Source: Runella sp. (GTDB lineage Bacteria; Bacteroidota; Bacteroidia; Cytophagales; Spirosomataceae). Taken from it: DNA of 64,000 nucleotides. The stretch lies in NCBI RefSeq assembly GCF_027484545.1, contig NZ_JAIXST010000034.1, forward strand, positions 1,211 through 65,210, given 5' to 3'. Below, in pieces: positions 40,302-50,726 of this stretch. Below the pieces are notes generated by a model. That model had not been told where the DNA came from, searched no databases, and saw only the letters and a program-made list of their open reading frames with translations. Position 1 is the stretch's first letter. Every line of letters begins with the position of its first letter. The position numbers and the translations under genes are program-made.

Positions 40302-42290
40302 CTATTTGTAACTCCGCTGTGCTATCTTGATGTTATCGTAAATCAAATCCTCTTTGTGAAGCTCCCATTGGCTTTCGCCTTTGTGTTCCCACGCCGATAC
40401 AAACATGTAGTTTTCGTCGTTGCGCATCGCTTCGCCTTCTTCGGTTTGGTATTCTTCCCGGAAGTGACCACCGCAGGATTCGTTGCGACTGAGAGCATCC
40501 GTACACATCAGCTCACCCAATTCGATGAAATCAGCTACGCGGCCTGCTTTGTCAAGTTCAGGGTTGAACTCGTCGGCGTCGCCCAGCACTTTCACATCTG
40601 CCCAAAACTCTTTTTTAAGGGCTTGAATTTCTTTGATAGCTTCTTTTAAGCCTTCAGCGTTACGTGCCATACCACATTTGTCCCACATGATTTTGCCAAG
40701 ACGTTTGTGGAAAACTTCGGGAGAAGTTTTCCCTTTGATGGTAAGGAGTTTAGCGATACGCTCTTTCACTTTGTTCTCCGCTTCAACGAAAGCAGCCTGT
40801 TCGGTTGAAATATGCGTAGTCCGGATTTCGTTGGCTAAATAGGCCCCAATAGTATAAGGAATTACAAAATACCCGTCGGCCAATCCCTGCATCAATGCAC
40901 TGGCCCCAAGGCGGTTGGCGCCGTGGTCAGAGAAGTTTGCTTCACCCAATGCGTACAGTCCCGGAACATTTGTCATTAAATTGTAGTCTACCCAAAGACC
41001 ACCCATGGTATAGTGTACCGCAGGATAAATACGCATAGGTACTTCGTAAGGATCTTCACCAGTAATCTGCTGGTACATATCAAACAGGTTACCGTATTTT
41101 TCTTTTACAACTGCTTTCCCAAGTTCAACGATTTTCTCGGGAGTAGCATCGTGTAAATTGAGCTTATTTACTTCTCCTTTGCCATATCGGTCAATCGCTG
41201 CGGCGTAATCAAGGTAAACAGCCATCTTGGAAGTTCCTACGCCATAGCCTGCATCGCAACGTTCTTTGGCAGCGCGCGAAGCGATGTCACGCGGAACGAG
41301 GTTTCCAAAGGCAGGATAACGGCGCTCCAGATAATAATCACGTTCCTCTTCCGGAATTTGATTGGCAGGACGCGTATCGTTTTGTTTTTTAGGAACCCAA
41401 ATCCGACCGTCGTTACGGAGAGACTCCGACATCAACGTCAGTTTTGACTGATGGTCACCCGAAACAGGGATACAGGTCGGGTGAATTTGTGTAAAGCAGG
41501 GATTTCCAAAGAACGCCCCTTTTTTATGTGCTTTCCAAGCCGCAGTTACGTTAGAACCCATGGCGTTGGTAGAAAGATAAAATACGTTTCCGTACCCTCC
41601 CGAGCAAAGCAAAACAGCGTGTGCCGAATGGCGTTCAAGTTCACCGGTGATTAAGTTACGGGCAATAATGCCACGGCATTTACCATCAATAACCACTACA
41701 TCCAACATTTCGTGGCGGGTGTACATTCTTACAGTTCCCAAACCTACCTGACGTTGAAGACCTGAATAGGCTCCCAGCAAAAGTTGCTGGCCGGTTTGAC
41801 CTGCGGCATAAAAGGTACGTTGTACCTGAGTTCCCCCAAACGAACGGTTGGAGAGCAATCCGCCGTATTCACGGGCGAAGGGTACACCTTGAGCAACACA
41901 TTGGTCAATGATACCGCTTGAAACTTCAGCTAAGCGGTAGACATTGCCTTCACGAGCGCGGTAGTCGCCTCCTTTAATGGTATCATAAAACAAACGGAAT
42001 GTAGAATCGCCGTCGTTTTGGTAATTTTTAGCAGCGTTGATTCCACCCTGTGCTGCGATAGAGTGCGCACGACGGGCTGAATCCTGAAAACAAAAAGCTT
42101 TGACAGAATAGCCTAATTCGGCGAGCGTAGCTGCTGCCGAAGCACCCGCTAAACCTGTTCCGATGACGATAATGTCTAATTTTCGCTTATTGGCGGGGTT
42201 GACGAGCGGGACGGTGGAGCGATACTTGGTCCACTTGGTTTCCAACGGCCCGTCGGGGATTTTGGCGTCCAATTTGGGTGATGTTGCCAT
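40302..42290 (-). CDS. sdhA: Succinate dehydrogenase/fumarate reductase flavoprotein subunit
   Basis: [57 protein letters not shown]. Confidence 0.97.
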   Translation of the reverse strand: MATSPKLDAKIPDGPLETKWTKYRSTVPLVNPANKRKLDIIVIGTGLAGASAAATLAELGYSVKAFCFQDSARRAHSIAAQGGINAAKNYQNDGDSTFRLFYDTIKGGDYRAREGNVYRLAEVSSGIIDQCVAQGVPFAREYGGLLSNRSFGGTQVQRTFYAAGQTGQQLLLGAYSGLQRQVGLGTVRMYTRHEMLDVVVIDGKCRGIIARNLITGELERHSAHAVLLCSGGYGNVFYLSTNAMGSNVTAAWKAHKKGAFFGNPCFTQIHPTCIPVSGDHQSKLTLMSESLRNDGRIWVPKKQNDTRPANQIPEEERDYYLERRYPAFGNLVPRDIASRAAKERCDAGYGVGTSKMAVYLDYAAAIDRYGKGEVNKLNLHDATPEKIVELGKAVVKEKYGNLFDMYQQITGEDPYEVPMRIYPAVHYTMGGLWVDYNLMTNVPGLYALGEANFSDHGANRLGASALMQGLADGYFVIPYTIGAYLANEIRTTHISTEQAAFVEAENKVKERIAKLLTIKGKTSPEVFHKRLGKIMWDKCGMARNAEGLKEAIKEIQALKKEFWADVKVLGDADEFNPELDKAGRVADFIELGELMCTDALSRNESCGGHFREEYQTEEGEAMRNDENYMFVSAWEHKGESQWELHKEDLIYDNIKIAQRSYK

Positions 42291-42313
42291 ATTTACTGTT
42301 GTCCGTTTTTTTT

Positions 42314-42424
42314 GTTATCCGTAAAACGTTATCTGTTATTTGTGAAATCTGTTATCCATGCAATTGTCATTTGCTACCGGGTTAGTTAGAACTTCTGATA
42401 ACAGATAACAATTAACTGATAACT
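42314..42424. repeat. Inverted GTTATC / GATAAC heptamer arrays in the sdhC-sdhA spacer
   Basis: GTTATC-type units at 42314, 42321, 42328, 42335, 42351; GATAAC-type units at 42397, 42404, 42411, 42418. Confidence 0.8.
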
Positions 42425-42426
42425 AC

Positions 42427-43212
42427 CTACATACTCTTAATAAAGAAGTACAAAGGCATGAGAGCAAAGCCAATCGGAATCACAATTCCAAAAATACCTA
42501 TTCCCAGAAAATTGAAAATAGGGTTGTATTTGGGGTGATTCAGACCCAGTGTTTGAAAAGCGCTTCTGAAACCGTGTACTAAGTGAAACGACACGGCAAA
42601 CATGGAAAGGACGTAGAAAAATACCAAAAGTGGATTTTTAAAGCCTTCCATCACGCTGCGGTACAGGTCTTTGGCAATGACTACGCGCGTGTTGCTTTCT
42701 TCGCGGATGTATTCTTCCAATTTGCTTTTAATTTGCCCTTCATACGGTGTAGCTACGGTTTCGCCCGTGACGAGATTCTGCTCGTATTGGGTATAAGGCA
42801 CGTATCCAAACTTATACTCAAACCAGAAATTAGACATGTGAACCACGATAAACACCAAAAGAATTGTTCCTAAAACGGCCATATTGCGTGAAAACCACGA
42901 GCTATTGGCACTGCCACCGTTGATGACGTATCGCTGATCTCCCCGTGCCTGACGATTTTGGTAAGCCAGGTACAAACCTTCGATGGCGTGAAGAAGAATG
43001 AAAGCGTACAATCCGTACGAAATAGTTTTTACGAGCGGGTTGGTCGTCATAAAAACGGCGTAAACGTTAAAAGCCAGTCCGTTATCCTGTTTGAACAACT
43101 GTAAATTTCCGCTCATGTGAACAAGTAGGAAAGAACATAAAAATAGGCCGGTGAGGGCCATGACCAACTTTTTTCCAATCGAGCTTGATAGTGTTTGCGT
43201 AACCCAAGACAT
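42427..43212 (-). CDS. sdhC: Succinate dehydrogenase cytochrome b subunit
   Basis: SSIGKKLVMALTGLFL, LVHMSGNL, FHLVHGFRSAFQTLG. Confidence 0.95.
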   Translation of the reverse strand: MSWVTQTLSSSIGKKLVMALTGLFLCSFLLVHMSGNLQLFKQDNGLAFNVYAVFMTTNPLVKTISYGLYAFILLHAIEGLYLAYQNRQARGDQRYVINGGSANSSWFSRNMAVLGTILLVFIVVHMSNFWFEYKFGYVPYTQYEQNLVTGETVATPYEGQIKSKLEEYIREESNTRVVIAKDLYRSVMEGFKNPLLVFFYVLSMFAVSFHLVHGFRSAFQTLGLNHPKYNPIFNFLGIGIFGIVIPIGFALMPLYFFIKSM

Positions 43213-43260
43213 ATCTCAATTTGTTAGATTAAAACGATGATTATTACTGTTTTCAGCGGT

Positions 43261-43268
43261 CAAAAGTA
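43261..43268 (-). promoter_or_regulatory. -7 promoter element (TACTTTTG) for sdhCAB
   Basis: TAnnTTTG on the minus strand about 50 nt upstream of the sdhC ATG. Confidence 0.6.
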
Positions 43269-43529
43269 GGCGTCAATCAATTTAGAAACAATCTAAAATG
43301 AAACTTTTTTTGCTAATCAGTTATAGTTGTATTAGGCTTAATTTTGTAACTGGCTGTGATGTTTTTTTGTTTTGGTATAAAGCGGAAAAAACAAATGCAA
43401 AAAGTGCCCTTGCTTTTAAAAAACAATAAAAATTACACCATTTACCAAAATAATTCGTTTTTTAATTAATACTTGCAGTATGCTTACAGCAAGCTGGTTT
43501 TTACCCCGTTATTTATTCCTATTCAACCG

Positions 43530-46385
43530 ATGAGGCATTTGACACTACGTATTCTCTTGTTCCTTTTGTGCATTTGTAGTGCATACTATTCTCATGCTAC
43601 CCACGTTCGCGCGGGTGAGATCACGGCAAAACGTATTTCTGACCGTGATTTGACGTATAAATTAACGCTCAATACCTACCACGATGAGATTGGGGGAAGG
43701 ATGGCAAGCGATGGTCAAAACGATGTGACGTTCTGTATCCGACCTTTTAGTGGTGGTACGGGTTCCACTTTGTTAGCCAAGCGGGTAAAAAGAACCCCGA
43801 TTAATACAGCTACTTCACTCAATATTTTTGAAGAGAATTTTACTTTCTCCTCGCCTGGTGTTTATGTGATTTCGGTTGGAATCGAAAACCGAAACGACGG
43901 GGTTGTGAACATGGCTAACTCAGTAAATACGCCGTTTTATGTGGAAACTGTATTGGTTATTAATGCTTCGCTTGGATTAAATCGTACGCCGGTTATGCTG
44001 AATCCACCTCTCGACTCAGCAAGGGTAGGGCAGAAATTTTGCCATAACCCTGCCGCATTTGATGCGGATGGTGATAGCTTGGCATATCGACTTTCCATTC
44101 CAAAGCAGGGAACACCAGGAACTTGTATTAACAGAAATGTGAACGGATATCGTGATCCAGCATTGGGAATTAATCCTGATGCCAAAAATGAACTTCAAAA
44201 TGGGCCTGCCACATTTACGATTAATGCGATTACGGGTGATTTGTGTTGGGATGCCCCTGCCGTAGCAGGTATTTACAACGTTGCTTTTATCATTGAAGAG
44301 TGGCGCGATGGAGTAAAAATTGGAGAAGTCGTGCGTGATATGCAAATTGTAGTGGCCGATGCCATAAATCGAAGGCCGCTCATTGACCCAATTGCAAACG
44401 TATGCGTGGAAGCAGGGCAAACCGTAACCCAATTAGTACGCGCTCAGGACCCTGACAATAATCGACTTTTGTTATCTGCTTATGGGGGTGTATTCAACTT
44501 AGACCCCGAAGGGAAACCAATTGCTCCTCCTCTTATTTCTCTTGATTTTGCTACGTTTACTCCTGCTGTTACGCAGCCTCTTACCTCCCCTGCTGTAGGA
44601 ACTTTTAAATGGCTCACCAATTGTGCCCACGTGCGGGAAGCTCCTTATGATGTGGTTTTTAAAGTGGAAGATATACCTAATCGAAGTATTCAATTGGCTT
44701 CATTGGAGTCTTTTTCCATTCGCGTGGTGTCTCCTAAACCTGTAGGATTAGCGGCGAAGGCTTCTACGGGTGCTATTCCCGGTTTTACGCTTACCTGGAC
44801 GGCTTATCGTTGCCAATTGCCCGGAGCGCAGGTGGTGATTTATCGCAAAGAAGGTTGTACGGGAGGGACGTTCAGCGGTTGTACCAATCCCGGTGATCCG
44901 GTGGCATTAGGGTACACCGAAGTTGGTCGCGTGCCTGTAGCCACTACCACCTCCACAGACGACAACAATGGATTAGGTTTGAAAAAAGGAGGGGTTCAGT
45001 ATAGTTACCGTATCCGCGTTATTTTTGCTTTGCCACAGGGAGGTACCAGTCCGCTTTCAGATGAGACCTGTCTGGATTTACCTGCTCAAATCCCTGTATT
45101 GACCAATGTAACGGTAGATACCACCAGTACCAATAAAGGTGTCATCACTGTGCGATGGACGCGCCCTCCGTTTAAACCCGGAGATGTTCCCGGCCCTTAC
45201 CAATATCGCCTTTCGCGGGCAACGGGCCTGAACGGTACGGATTTTACCGTGATTGCTACAATTAATACCAATTTGGGTAATCAGCCCGATACAGTTTTTG
45301 TAGACAGAAATTTGAATACGGTACAGAATGCGTATCGGTATCGATTGGAGTTTTTCTATACGTTCAACGGAACATTGGCAACGTTGGGAACGACCGAAGC
45401 TGCGAGTAGCGTTCGACTTTCCATTGTTCCTGCCTCTTTAGGATTACGTTTGAATTGGCAGGCCGTAGTGCCATGGCGTAATGAAAACCAGCGGCATCGC
45501 GTGTATCGCGAAGTACGAAATCGTCCCGGTACGTTTAATTTGATTGCTGAAGTACCGGTGCAGGCTGCCAATACTTTCACCTACGTGGATGATGGCACAG
45601 ACCGATTCCTGGCCGATGGCAACGCAACGGTGAAACTGACAACTGATTCTTCGTATTGCTATCGCGTTGAAACTGTAGGAACGTACGACAATCCTCGGAT
45701 TCAGGTAGGGCAGTTGTTTAATTTATCACAAATTGTATGTGCCGTTCCTGCCGACAGTACGAAGCCGTGTCCTCCTGTCTTGAAAATAGACGCTTTAGAT
45801 TGCGCGAATTTGACTTCCGCAGACTGTCCGGAAAAGGTAAGCAACAGCATTAATTGGACCTATCCTGCTAAAAATGCCAATAATCAGGATTGTGCACCAG
45901 TGGTTACTTACAACGTTTATTACACCCGATATCCCGACGAGGCTTTCAGTAAAATAGGACAAACGACAGCCCCTTTAGTCAACTTCTTGCATACGGGTTT
46001 GGATTCGTATGCAGGTTGCTACTACGTGACGGCTATTTCGCGTTTCGGTACCGAAAGTGCCAGAAGTAATGTTGTATGTAACGACAATTGTGCAGCGTAC
46101 AAATTGCCGAATGTATTTACACCCAATGGTGACGGGAAAAATGACCTATTCAAGCCGCTGACCTGTTCCGTTTTTGTAGAATCAGTTACGTTTGTAGTTT
46201 ACAATCGCTGGGGAAATAAAATATTTGAAACCAATAGTCCATCCCTGAATTGGGATGGAAAAACAAGTGATGGTCAGGAACTTCCTTCGGGTACTTATTT
46301 TTATCAGGCAACGGTGAAATTCAAGACCCTGCAAAAAGGCTCTGAGTCGTCAACGTTAAAGGGTTGGGTGCAATTGATTCGTTAG
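43530..46385 (+). CDS. Secreted protein with gliding-motility-associated (T9SS type B) C-terminal domain
   Basis: Signal peptide, ATHVRAGEI, C-terminal LPNVFTPNGDGKND...VYNRWGNKIF...WDG...GTYFY...KGWVQLIR. Confidence 0.9.
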   Translation: MRHLTLRILLFLLCICSAYYSHATHVRAGEITAKRISDRDLTYKLTLNTYHDEIGGRMASDGQNDVTFCIRPFSGGTGSTLLAKRVKRTPINTATSLNIFEENFTFSSPGVYVISVGIENRNDGVVNMANSVNTPFYVETVLVINASLGLNRTPVMLNPPLDSARVGQKFCHNPAAFDADGDSLAYRLSIPKQGTPGTCINRNVNGYRDPALGINPDAKNELQNGPATFTINAITGDLCWDAPAVAGIYNVAFIIEEWRDGVKIGEVVRDMQIVVADAINRRPLIDPIANVCVEAGQTVTQLVRAQDPDNNRLLLSAYGGVFNLDPEGKPIAPPLISLDFATFTPAVTQPLTSPAVGTFKWLTNCAHVREAPYDVVFKVEDIPNRSIQLASLESFSIRVVSPKPVGLAAKASTGAIPGFTLTWTAYRCQLPGAQVVIYRKEGCTGGTFSGCTNPGDPVALGYTEVGRVPVATTTSTDDNNGLGLKKGGVQYSYRIRVIFALPQGGTSPLSDETCLDLPAQIPVLTNVTVDTTSTNKGVITVRWTRPPFKPGDVPGPYQYRLSRATGLNGTDFTVIATINTNLGNQPDTVFVDRNLNTVQNAYRYRLEFFYTFNGTLATLGTTEAASSVRLSIVPASLGLRLNWQAVVPWRNENQRHRVYREVRNRPGTFNLIAEVPVQAANTFTYVDDGTDRFLADGNATVKLTTDSSYCYRVETVGTYDNPRIQVGQLFNLSQIVCAVPADSTKPCPPVLKIDALDCANLTSADCPEKVSNSINWTYPAKNANNQDCAPVVTYNVYYTRYPDEAFSKIGQTTAPLVNFLHTGLDSYAGCYYVTAISRFGTESARSNVVCNDNCAAYKLPNVFTPNGDGKNDLFKPLTCSVFVESVTFVVYNRWGNKIFETNSPSLNWDGKTSDGQELPSGTYFYQATVKFKTLQKGSESSTLKGWVQLIR

Positions 46386-46401
46386 ACAAAAGTGTAAAAT
46401 A

Positions 46402-46794
46402 ATGCCGGACATCATTCTTTTCGACGGAGTTTGCAATTTCTGCAATGCTTCTATCAATTTTGTGATAGACCATGATGGCGAGCAGCGATTTCGATTTGCT
46501 TCTTTACAGTCCGACATAGGGCAGCGTATTTTAACGGAAAATCGCCGATCTGTGTCGGATTTTGATACAGTATTGTTGCTCCGGGAAGGGGAACTGTTTG
46601 AAAAATCAACGGCTGCTTTAGAAATAGCCCGTTACCTGCGTGGTTGGGCTTGGCTCTATTCTTTTCGCTTCATCCCCCGTTTTATTCGAGATGCAGTTTA
46701 CAATGTTATAGCCCAAAATCGGTATCGTATTTTTGGTAAGTCGGAAAGCTGTCGTATTCCTACGCCTGAAGAGCGCTCACTGTTTATCGTTTGA
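46402..46794 (+). CDS. Thiol-disulfide oxidoreductase DCC family protein
   Basis: ILFDGVCNFC, RFASLQS, STAALEI, AQNRYRIFGK. Confidence 0.9.
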   Translation: MPDIILFDGVCNFCNASINFVIDHDGEQRFRFASLQSDIGQRILTENRRSVSDFDTVLLLREGELFEKSTAALEIARYLRGWAWLYSFRFIPRFIRDAVYNVIAQNRYRIFGKSESCRIPTPEERSLFIV

Positions 46795-46893
46795 AAGTTT
46801 GACTGTCCGCAGTATGGTTGTATGTTTGCAATCAATTGCCTCACTCAACCATCAAAAACTAAACACCCTCCGGGGCGAGGGCTCTATTATTCA

Positions 46894-47775
46894 ATGAAAG
46901 CATACCTTTTTCCAGGCCAAGGCTCGCAGTTTAGCGGCATGGGCAAAGACTTATACGAAAACAACGCTCAAGCGCGTGCGCTGTTTGATAAAGCCAACGA
47001 TATTTTGGGGTTTGAGATTACGAAGGTGATGTTTGAAGGTACTGATGAAGAACTCAAACAGACGAACGTAACCCAACCCGCTATTTTTCTGCATTCCGTT
47101 ATTTTGGCTTCTACCATCGAAAACTTTGCTCCTGATATGGTAGCAGGTCATTCATTGGGTGAATTTTCGGCTTTGGTAGCTGCCGGGGCCTTGTCATTTG
47201 AAGATGCACTTCGATTGGTAGCCAAACGGGCGGATGCCATGCAACGCGCCTGCGAACTCAATCCTTCTACCATGGCGGCCGTACTTGCTTTGGATGATGA
47301 CAAAATCGAAGCGATTTGTGCTTCGGTAGAAAGCGAAGTGGTCGTTGCTGCCAATTTCAACTGTCCGGGGCAGGTAGTGATTTCCGGTTCACACGAAGGC
47401 GTTCGTTTAGCAGGTGAAAAATTAAAGGATGCAGGCGCTAAACGAGTGTTACCGCTTCCGGTAGGAGGAGCATTTCACTCACCGCTGATGGAGCCTGCTC
47501 GCGAAGAATTGGCTGCTGCTATTGAAAGTACGGTTTTTTCCACTCCTCGTTGTGCTATTTATCAAAATGTAAACGCGCAGCCAGCTACGGATATTGAAAC
47601 AATCAAGGCCAATCTCATTGTCCAATTGACAGCACCGGTTCGTTGGACACAATCCGTTCGCAACATGGTAGCTGATGGAGCCACAGAATTTATTGAGTGC
47701 GGCCCAGGCAAAGTTTTGCAGGGATTGGTAAAGAAAATTGCACTCGAAGCAGTCACTTCTGGGGTACAAGCTTAG
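46894..47775 (+). CDS. fabD: Malonyl CoA-ACP transacylase
   Basis: FPGQGSQ, TQPAI, GHSLGE, ANFNCPGQ, GAFHSPLM, IECGPGKVLQGL. Confidence 0.97.
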   Translation: MKAYLFPGQGSQFSGMGKDLYENNAQARALFDKANDILGFEITKVMFEGTDEELKQTNVTQPAIFLHSVILASTIENFAPDMVAGHSLGEFSALVAAGALSFEDALRLVAKRADAMQRACELNPSTMAAVLALDDDKIEAICASVESEVVVAANFNCPGQVVISGSHEGVRLAGEKLKDAGAKRVLPLPVGGAFHSPLMEPAREELAAAIESTVFSTPRCAIYQNVNAQPATDIETIKANLIVQLTAPVRWTQSVRNMVADGATEFIECGPGKVLQGLVKKIALEAVTSGVQA

Positions 47776-47912
47776 GATGGATATGGGTTTATTTGAAAAA
47801 AATAGTTTTTTCTTTCAAATAAACCCACTGATTGTCAGTCGCAAACCGGCAAACTTTTGTTCTAAGTTGTAAACTTTTTAAAAGATAGCTTGACATATAA
47901 ACCGGAAAGCAG

Positions 47913-47920
47913 TACTTTTG
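47913..47920 (+). promoter_or_regulatory. -7 promoter element (TACTTTTG) for tRNA-Gln
   Basis: TAnnTTTG with TTG about 20 nt upstream, 18 nt before the tRNA. Confidence 0.65.
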
Positions 47921-47937
47921 TACCACCAAAATAAAAA

Positions 47938-48008
47938 TGGCGGATGGTGTAATGGTAACACAGAAGTTTTTGGTACTTTTATTCAGGGTTCGAGTCCTTG
48001 TCCGCCAA
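47938..48008 (+). tRNA. tRNA-Gln (anticodon TTG)
   Basis: Acceptor TGGCGGA/TCCGCCA, D arm GTGT/ACAC, anticodon stem GAAGT/ACTTT with loop TTTTGGT, T arm CAGGG-TTCGAGT-CCTTG. Confidence 0.95.
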
Positions 48009-48041
48009 CAAGTTAGTATACGTAAAGTAACACATGAGTAT

Positions 48042-48086
48042 CGCAAAAGCCTCTAATTCAGACGATTTAGAGGCTTTTGCGTTTTT
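48042..48086 (+). terminator. Terminator after tRNA-Gln
   Basis: 15-bp arms CGCAAAAGCCTCTAA / TTAGAGGCTTTTGCG, then a T run. Confidence 0.85.
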
Positions 48087-48211
48087 CTTCACTACTTGTG
48101 TGTGCCTGCATAGTAACTAAAATCCGTCACCTATTTCATCCCTGTACAATTCGTCCTTTGTATTTTGTAAAATAAGGCAGGTAAACTGAACCTTTAATCA
48201 ACTCAACAAAA

Positions 48212-48340
48212 ATGAAGAACTATAATTATGCAAAAGGCAACCGCCAAAGGTATGTTCAGAACTCTCGTATCAATAGCAAATTTCTTGAATGGTTTGGCTA
48301 TCTTATTTTGATCGGTATTCTTGGCATTATTCTACTAGGT
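48212..48340 (+). CDS. Putative small membrane protein (42 aa), below the ORF-track cutoff
   Basis: Hand translation MKNYNYAKGNRQRYVQNSRINSKFLEWFGYLILIGILGIILY; A-rich leader. Confidence 0.55.
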
Positions 48341-48434
48341 ATTTACCAAATCTTTATTCATTTCTTTGGCTAATACCCAACCGACATCTACCTGAATTTA
48401 GGCTTATATTGGTTTCTTTGCTATTGGAAACCAT

Positions 48435-48462
48435 AAAAAAACCTCACAGATGCGAGGTTTTT
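48435..48462 (-). terminator. Terminator after the GntP permease
   Basis: AAAAACCTC / GAGGTTTTT hairpin with a T tract on the minus strand. Confidence 0.65.
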
Positions 48463-48490
48463 CATACAATATCAAAAAGTGGAATTAGGT

Positions 48491-49807
48491 CTATACGAAT
48501 TGATCCAAAATCAAGACACCTGCCAAACCTACAATAGAAACTATGGTTTCCATGACCGTCCAAGTTTGCAGTGTTTCTTTGATGGATAGATTAAAGTACT
48601 CTTTGAAAAGCCAGAACCCACCATCGTTGAGATGTGAGCAAATTAAGCTTCCGGAACCAATAGCCAATACCATCAACTCAGGTTTTACTCCTTGGCTTTG
48701 CACCAGTGGAGCTATAATCCCTACCGCAGTAAGACCTGCAACTGTAGCCGAACCTACGCAAATTCGTATTACCCCTGCAATAGCCCAACCTAAAATCAAG
48801 GGGGAAATATCAACCCCTGCCAATAACTCACCGATGTATTTACTTACGCCGCCATCGGTAAGAATTTGTTTAAAGCCGCCTGCTCCTGCCACAATCAGTA
48901 AAATAATAGAAACACTTTTGAAGGCTTCTTCCAACGATTTCATAACACTTTTGGTAGTTCTACCGCGCTGAATCCCTAAGAAATAAATAGCGACCAATAC
49001 CGACACCAGCATGGAAATGGAAGGGTCTCCCAGAAAAGCAAAGAATGTGTATAGAGGAGAAGGTTCCGTAAATTGACTCTTTAGCCATGGCATGAGGGTC
49101 AACAATATCAAGGGTAATAGGGCTACAAACAAACTGATGCCAAGGCTTGGCATTTCTGCCTCTGTAAACTGCTTTGTGTTAAAAAGGGATGTATCTGGTT
49201 TAGGATCGTACTTTTTAAGGGTTTTAGCAAATACGGGTCCTGCTAAAATAATAGCTGGAATTGCTACGATAATGCCATAAAACAGCGTTTGCCCTACGTT
49301 GGCATTAAACTGCGCGGCAATCGCCGTAGGAGAGGGGTGAGGAGGCAAATAACCGTGTGCGACCGATAGAGCTGATAACATTGGAACCGCTACGTACAAC
49401 ATAGGTAAGCGGGTAGAAGCAGCAATGGTGAAAATGAGCGGAATCACAATCACAAAACCGGCATTGTAAAATAAAGGAAGACCAATAATAAATCCTGCCA
49501 AGGCCAGTCCCCATGGGAGATATTTTAGCCCGAAAATATTCATCAATGTGGTGGTAATGCGTTGAGCTGCCCCGCTTTCGGCGACTAATTTGCCCAGCAT
49601 CGAACCAAAACCGATGATAATTACCAACGAGCCAAGGGTACCGCCGATGCCTTTTTCGAGCGATTGGCTAATCGCAGTTACCTTCATTCCACACGCCAAA
49701 CCCAGCCCAATGCTGACGATCACAAACGAAATAAACGTATCTAAATGAAAGTAGGCTACTAACAGAATGAGTACGAAAATACCTAATAAGACGTACAGAA
49801 GGAGCAT
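48491..49807 (-). CDS. GntP family gluconate:H+ symporter-like permease
   Basis: AHGYLPPHPSPTA, IILLIVAGAGGFKQIL, GSATVAGLTA, SHLNDGGFWLFKEYF. Confidence 0.93.
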   Translation of the reverse strand: MLLLYVLLGIFVLILLVAYFHLDTFISFVIVSIGLGLACGMKVTAISQSLEKGIGGTLGSLVIIIGFGSMLGKLVAESGAAQRITTTLMNIFGLKYLPWGLALAGFIIGLPLFYNAGFVIVIPLIFTIAASTRLPMLYVAVPMLSALSVAHGYLPPHPSPTAIAAQFNANVGQTLFYGIIVAIPAIILAGPVFAKTLKKYDPKPDTSLFNTKQFTEAEMPSLGISLFVALLPLILLTLMPWLKSQFTEPSPLYTFFAFLGDPSISMLVSVLVAIYFLGIQRGRTTKSVMKSLEEAFKSVSIILLIVAGAGGFKQILTDGGVSKYIGELLAGVDISPLILGWAIAGVIRICVGSATVAGLTAVGIIAPLVQSQGVKPELMVLAIGSGSLICSHLNDGGFWLFKEYFNLSIKETLQTWTVMETIVSIVGLAGVLILDQFV

Positions 49808-49902
49808 TGAGATAGGGTTTAGAGGTTTAACTTTCCATCCTTATTTACATTACAAATAGAATTTGCAATGATAAGAACTAAATTAGGAAATTTTGTACAA
49901 AA

Positions 49903-50697
49903 TCAGGAAATGAAAAATTTTGATACGCGTTGTCGTAATTCTAAAAAGTAAGCCGCAGACTTTACTAACCTACTCCCATACCAACTAAATAACTCTCCGT
50001 CAACCAATAAAATCTTGGAGAATGGGCAAATTTCCTGAAGTTCAGCAATATGCTTTTGCGTAAAGGGATAAGGTTCAGAAGAAAGAAAAATAAAATCAGG
50101 GTTAGCGGAATGCAGTTGGGTAGGATTAATTTCAGGATAACGAGATAAATGATTAAAAACGTTGGTAAACCCTGCTTTTTGGAGTATGTTGTCTATAAAA
50201 GTGTCTTTCGCCGCTGCCATAAAAGGCTTGCGCCAAATTAAATAAGCTGCTGTAGGTTGGGGAGGACCTAAGGTCGTCAGTTGAGAAAATGAATTGGAGA
50301 TGTTGGTTGCGATGGTATCAGCCTCCGGGGCTCTGTTTAGTAATTGTCCAACTTTCCGAATCATATCCAACGCATCCTCGAGGGTAAAAATATCGGACAT
50401 CCAAACGGGAAAATCATTCTGAAGCGCTTTGATTCCTTGTTCATAATTTTCCTCTTTATTACCGATGATAAGGTCGGGTTTGAGAGATTTAATAAGGTTT
50501 AAGTCAAAGTTTTTCGTACCGCCAATTTGGGTTACAAGTTTTACTTTATCGGCGGGGTGAATACAAAATTTAGTGATTCCTACAATTTCTCGTTGTAAAC
50601 CCAAATCAAAAAGTAATTCGGTTTGGGAAGGTACGAGCGAAATAATACGCCGGGGAGGCTGAGCCAATGTGATGATATTGCCGAGCTGATCCTCCAA
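49903..50697 (-). CDS. Helical-backbone metal receptor (BtuF-like substrate-binding protein)
   Basis: RIISLVPSQTELL, GITKFCIHP, IGGTKN, NKEEN, LSSEPYPF, VDGELFSWYG. Confidence 0.88.
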   Translation of the reverse strand: MEDQLGNIITLAQPPRRIISLVPSQTELLFDLGLQREIVGITKFCIHPADKVKLVTQIGGTKNFDLNLIKSLKPDLIIGNKEENYEQGIKALQNDFPVWMSDIFTLEDALDMIRKVGQLLNRAPEADTIATNISNSFSQLTTLGPPQPTAAYLIWRKPFMAAAKDTFIDNILQKAGFTNVFNHLSRYPEINPTQLHSANPDFIFLSSEPYPFTQKHIAELQEICPFSKILLVDGELFSWYGSRLVKSAAYFLELRQRVSKFFIS

Positions 50698-50726
50698 TTT
50701 CGGGATTTTTGAAGAGATGATTGTAT

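Noticed and set aside
48009-48490. tRNA-Gln as an island integration site
   Set aside because: No integrase and no duplicated tRNA 3' end within the window
48289-48537. 82-aa ORF after the tRNA
   Set aside because: Runs through the gntP terminator and into gntP; the 42-aa ORF at 48212 fits better
49903-50726. Cobalamin riboswitch ahead of the BtuF-like gene
   Set aside because: Only 29 bp of upstream spacer, and no riboswitch motifs seen
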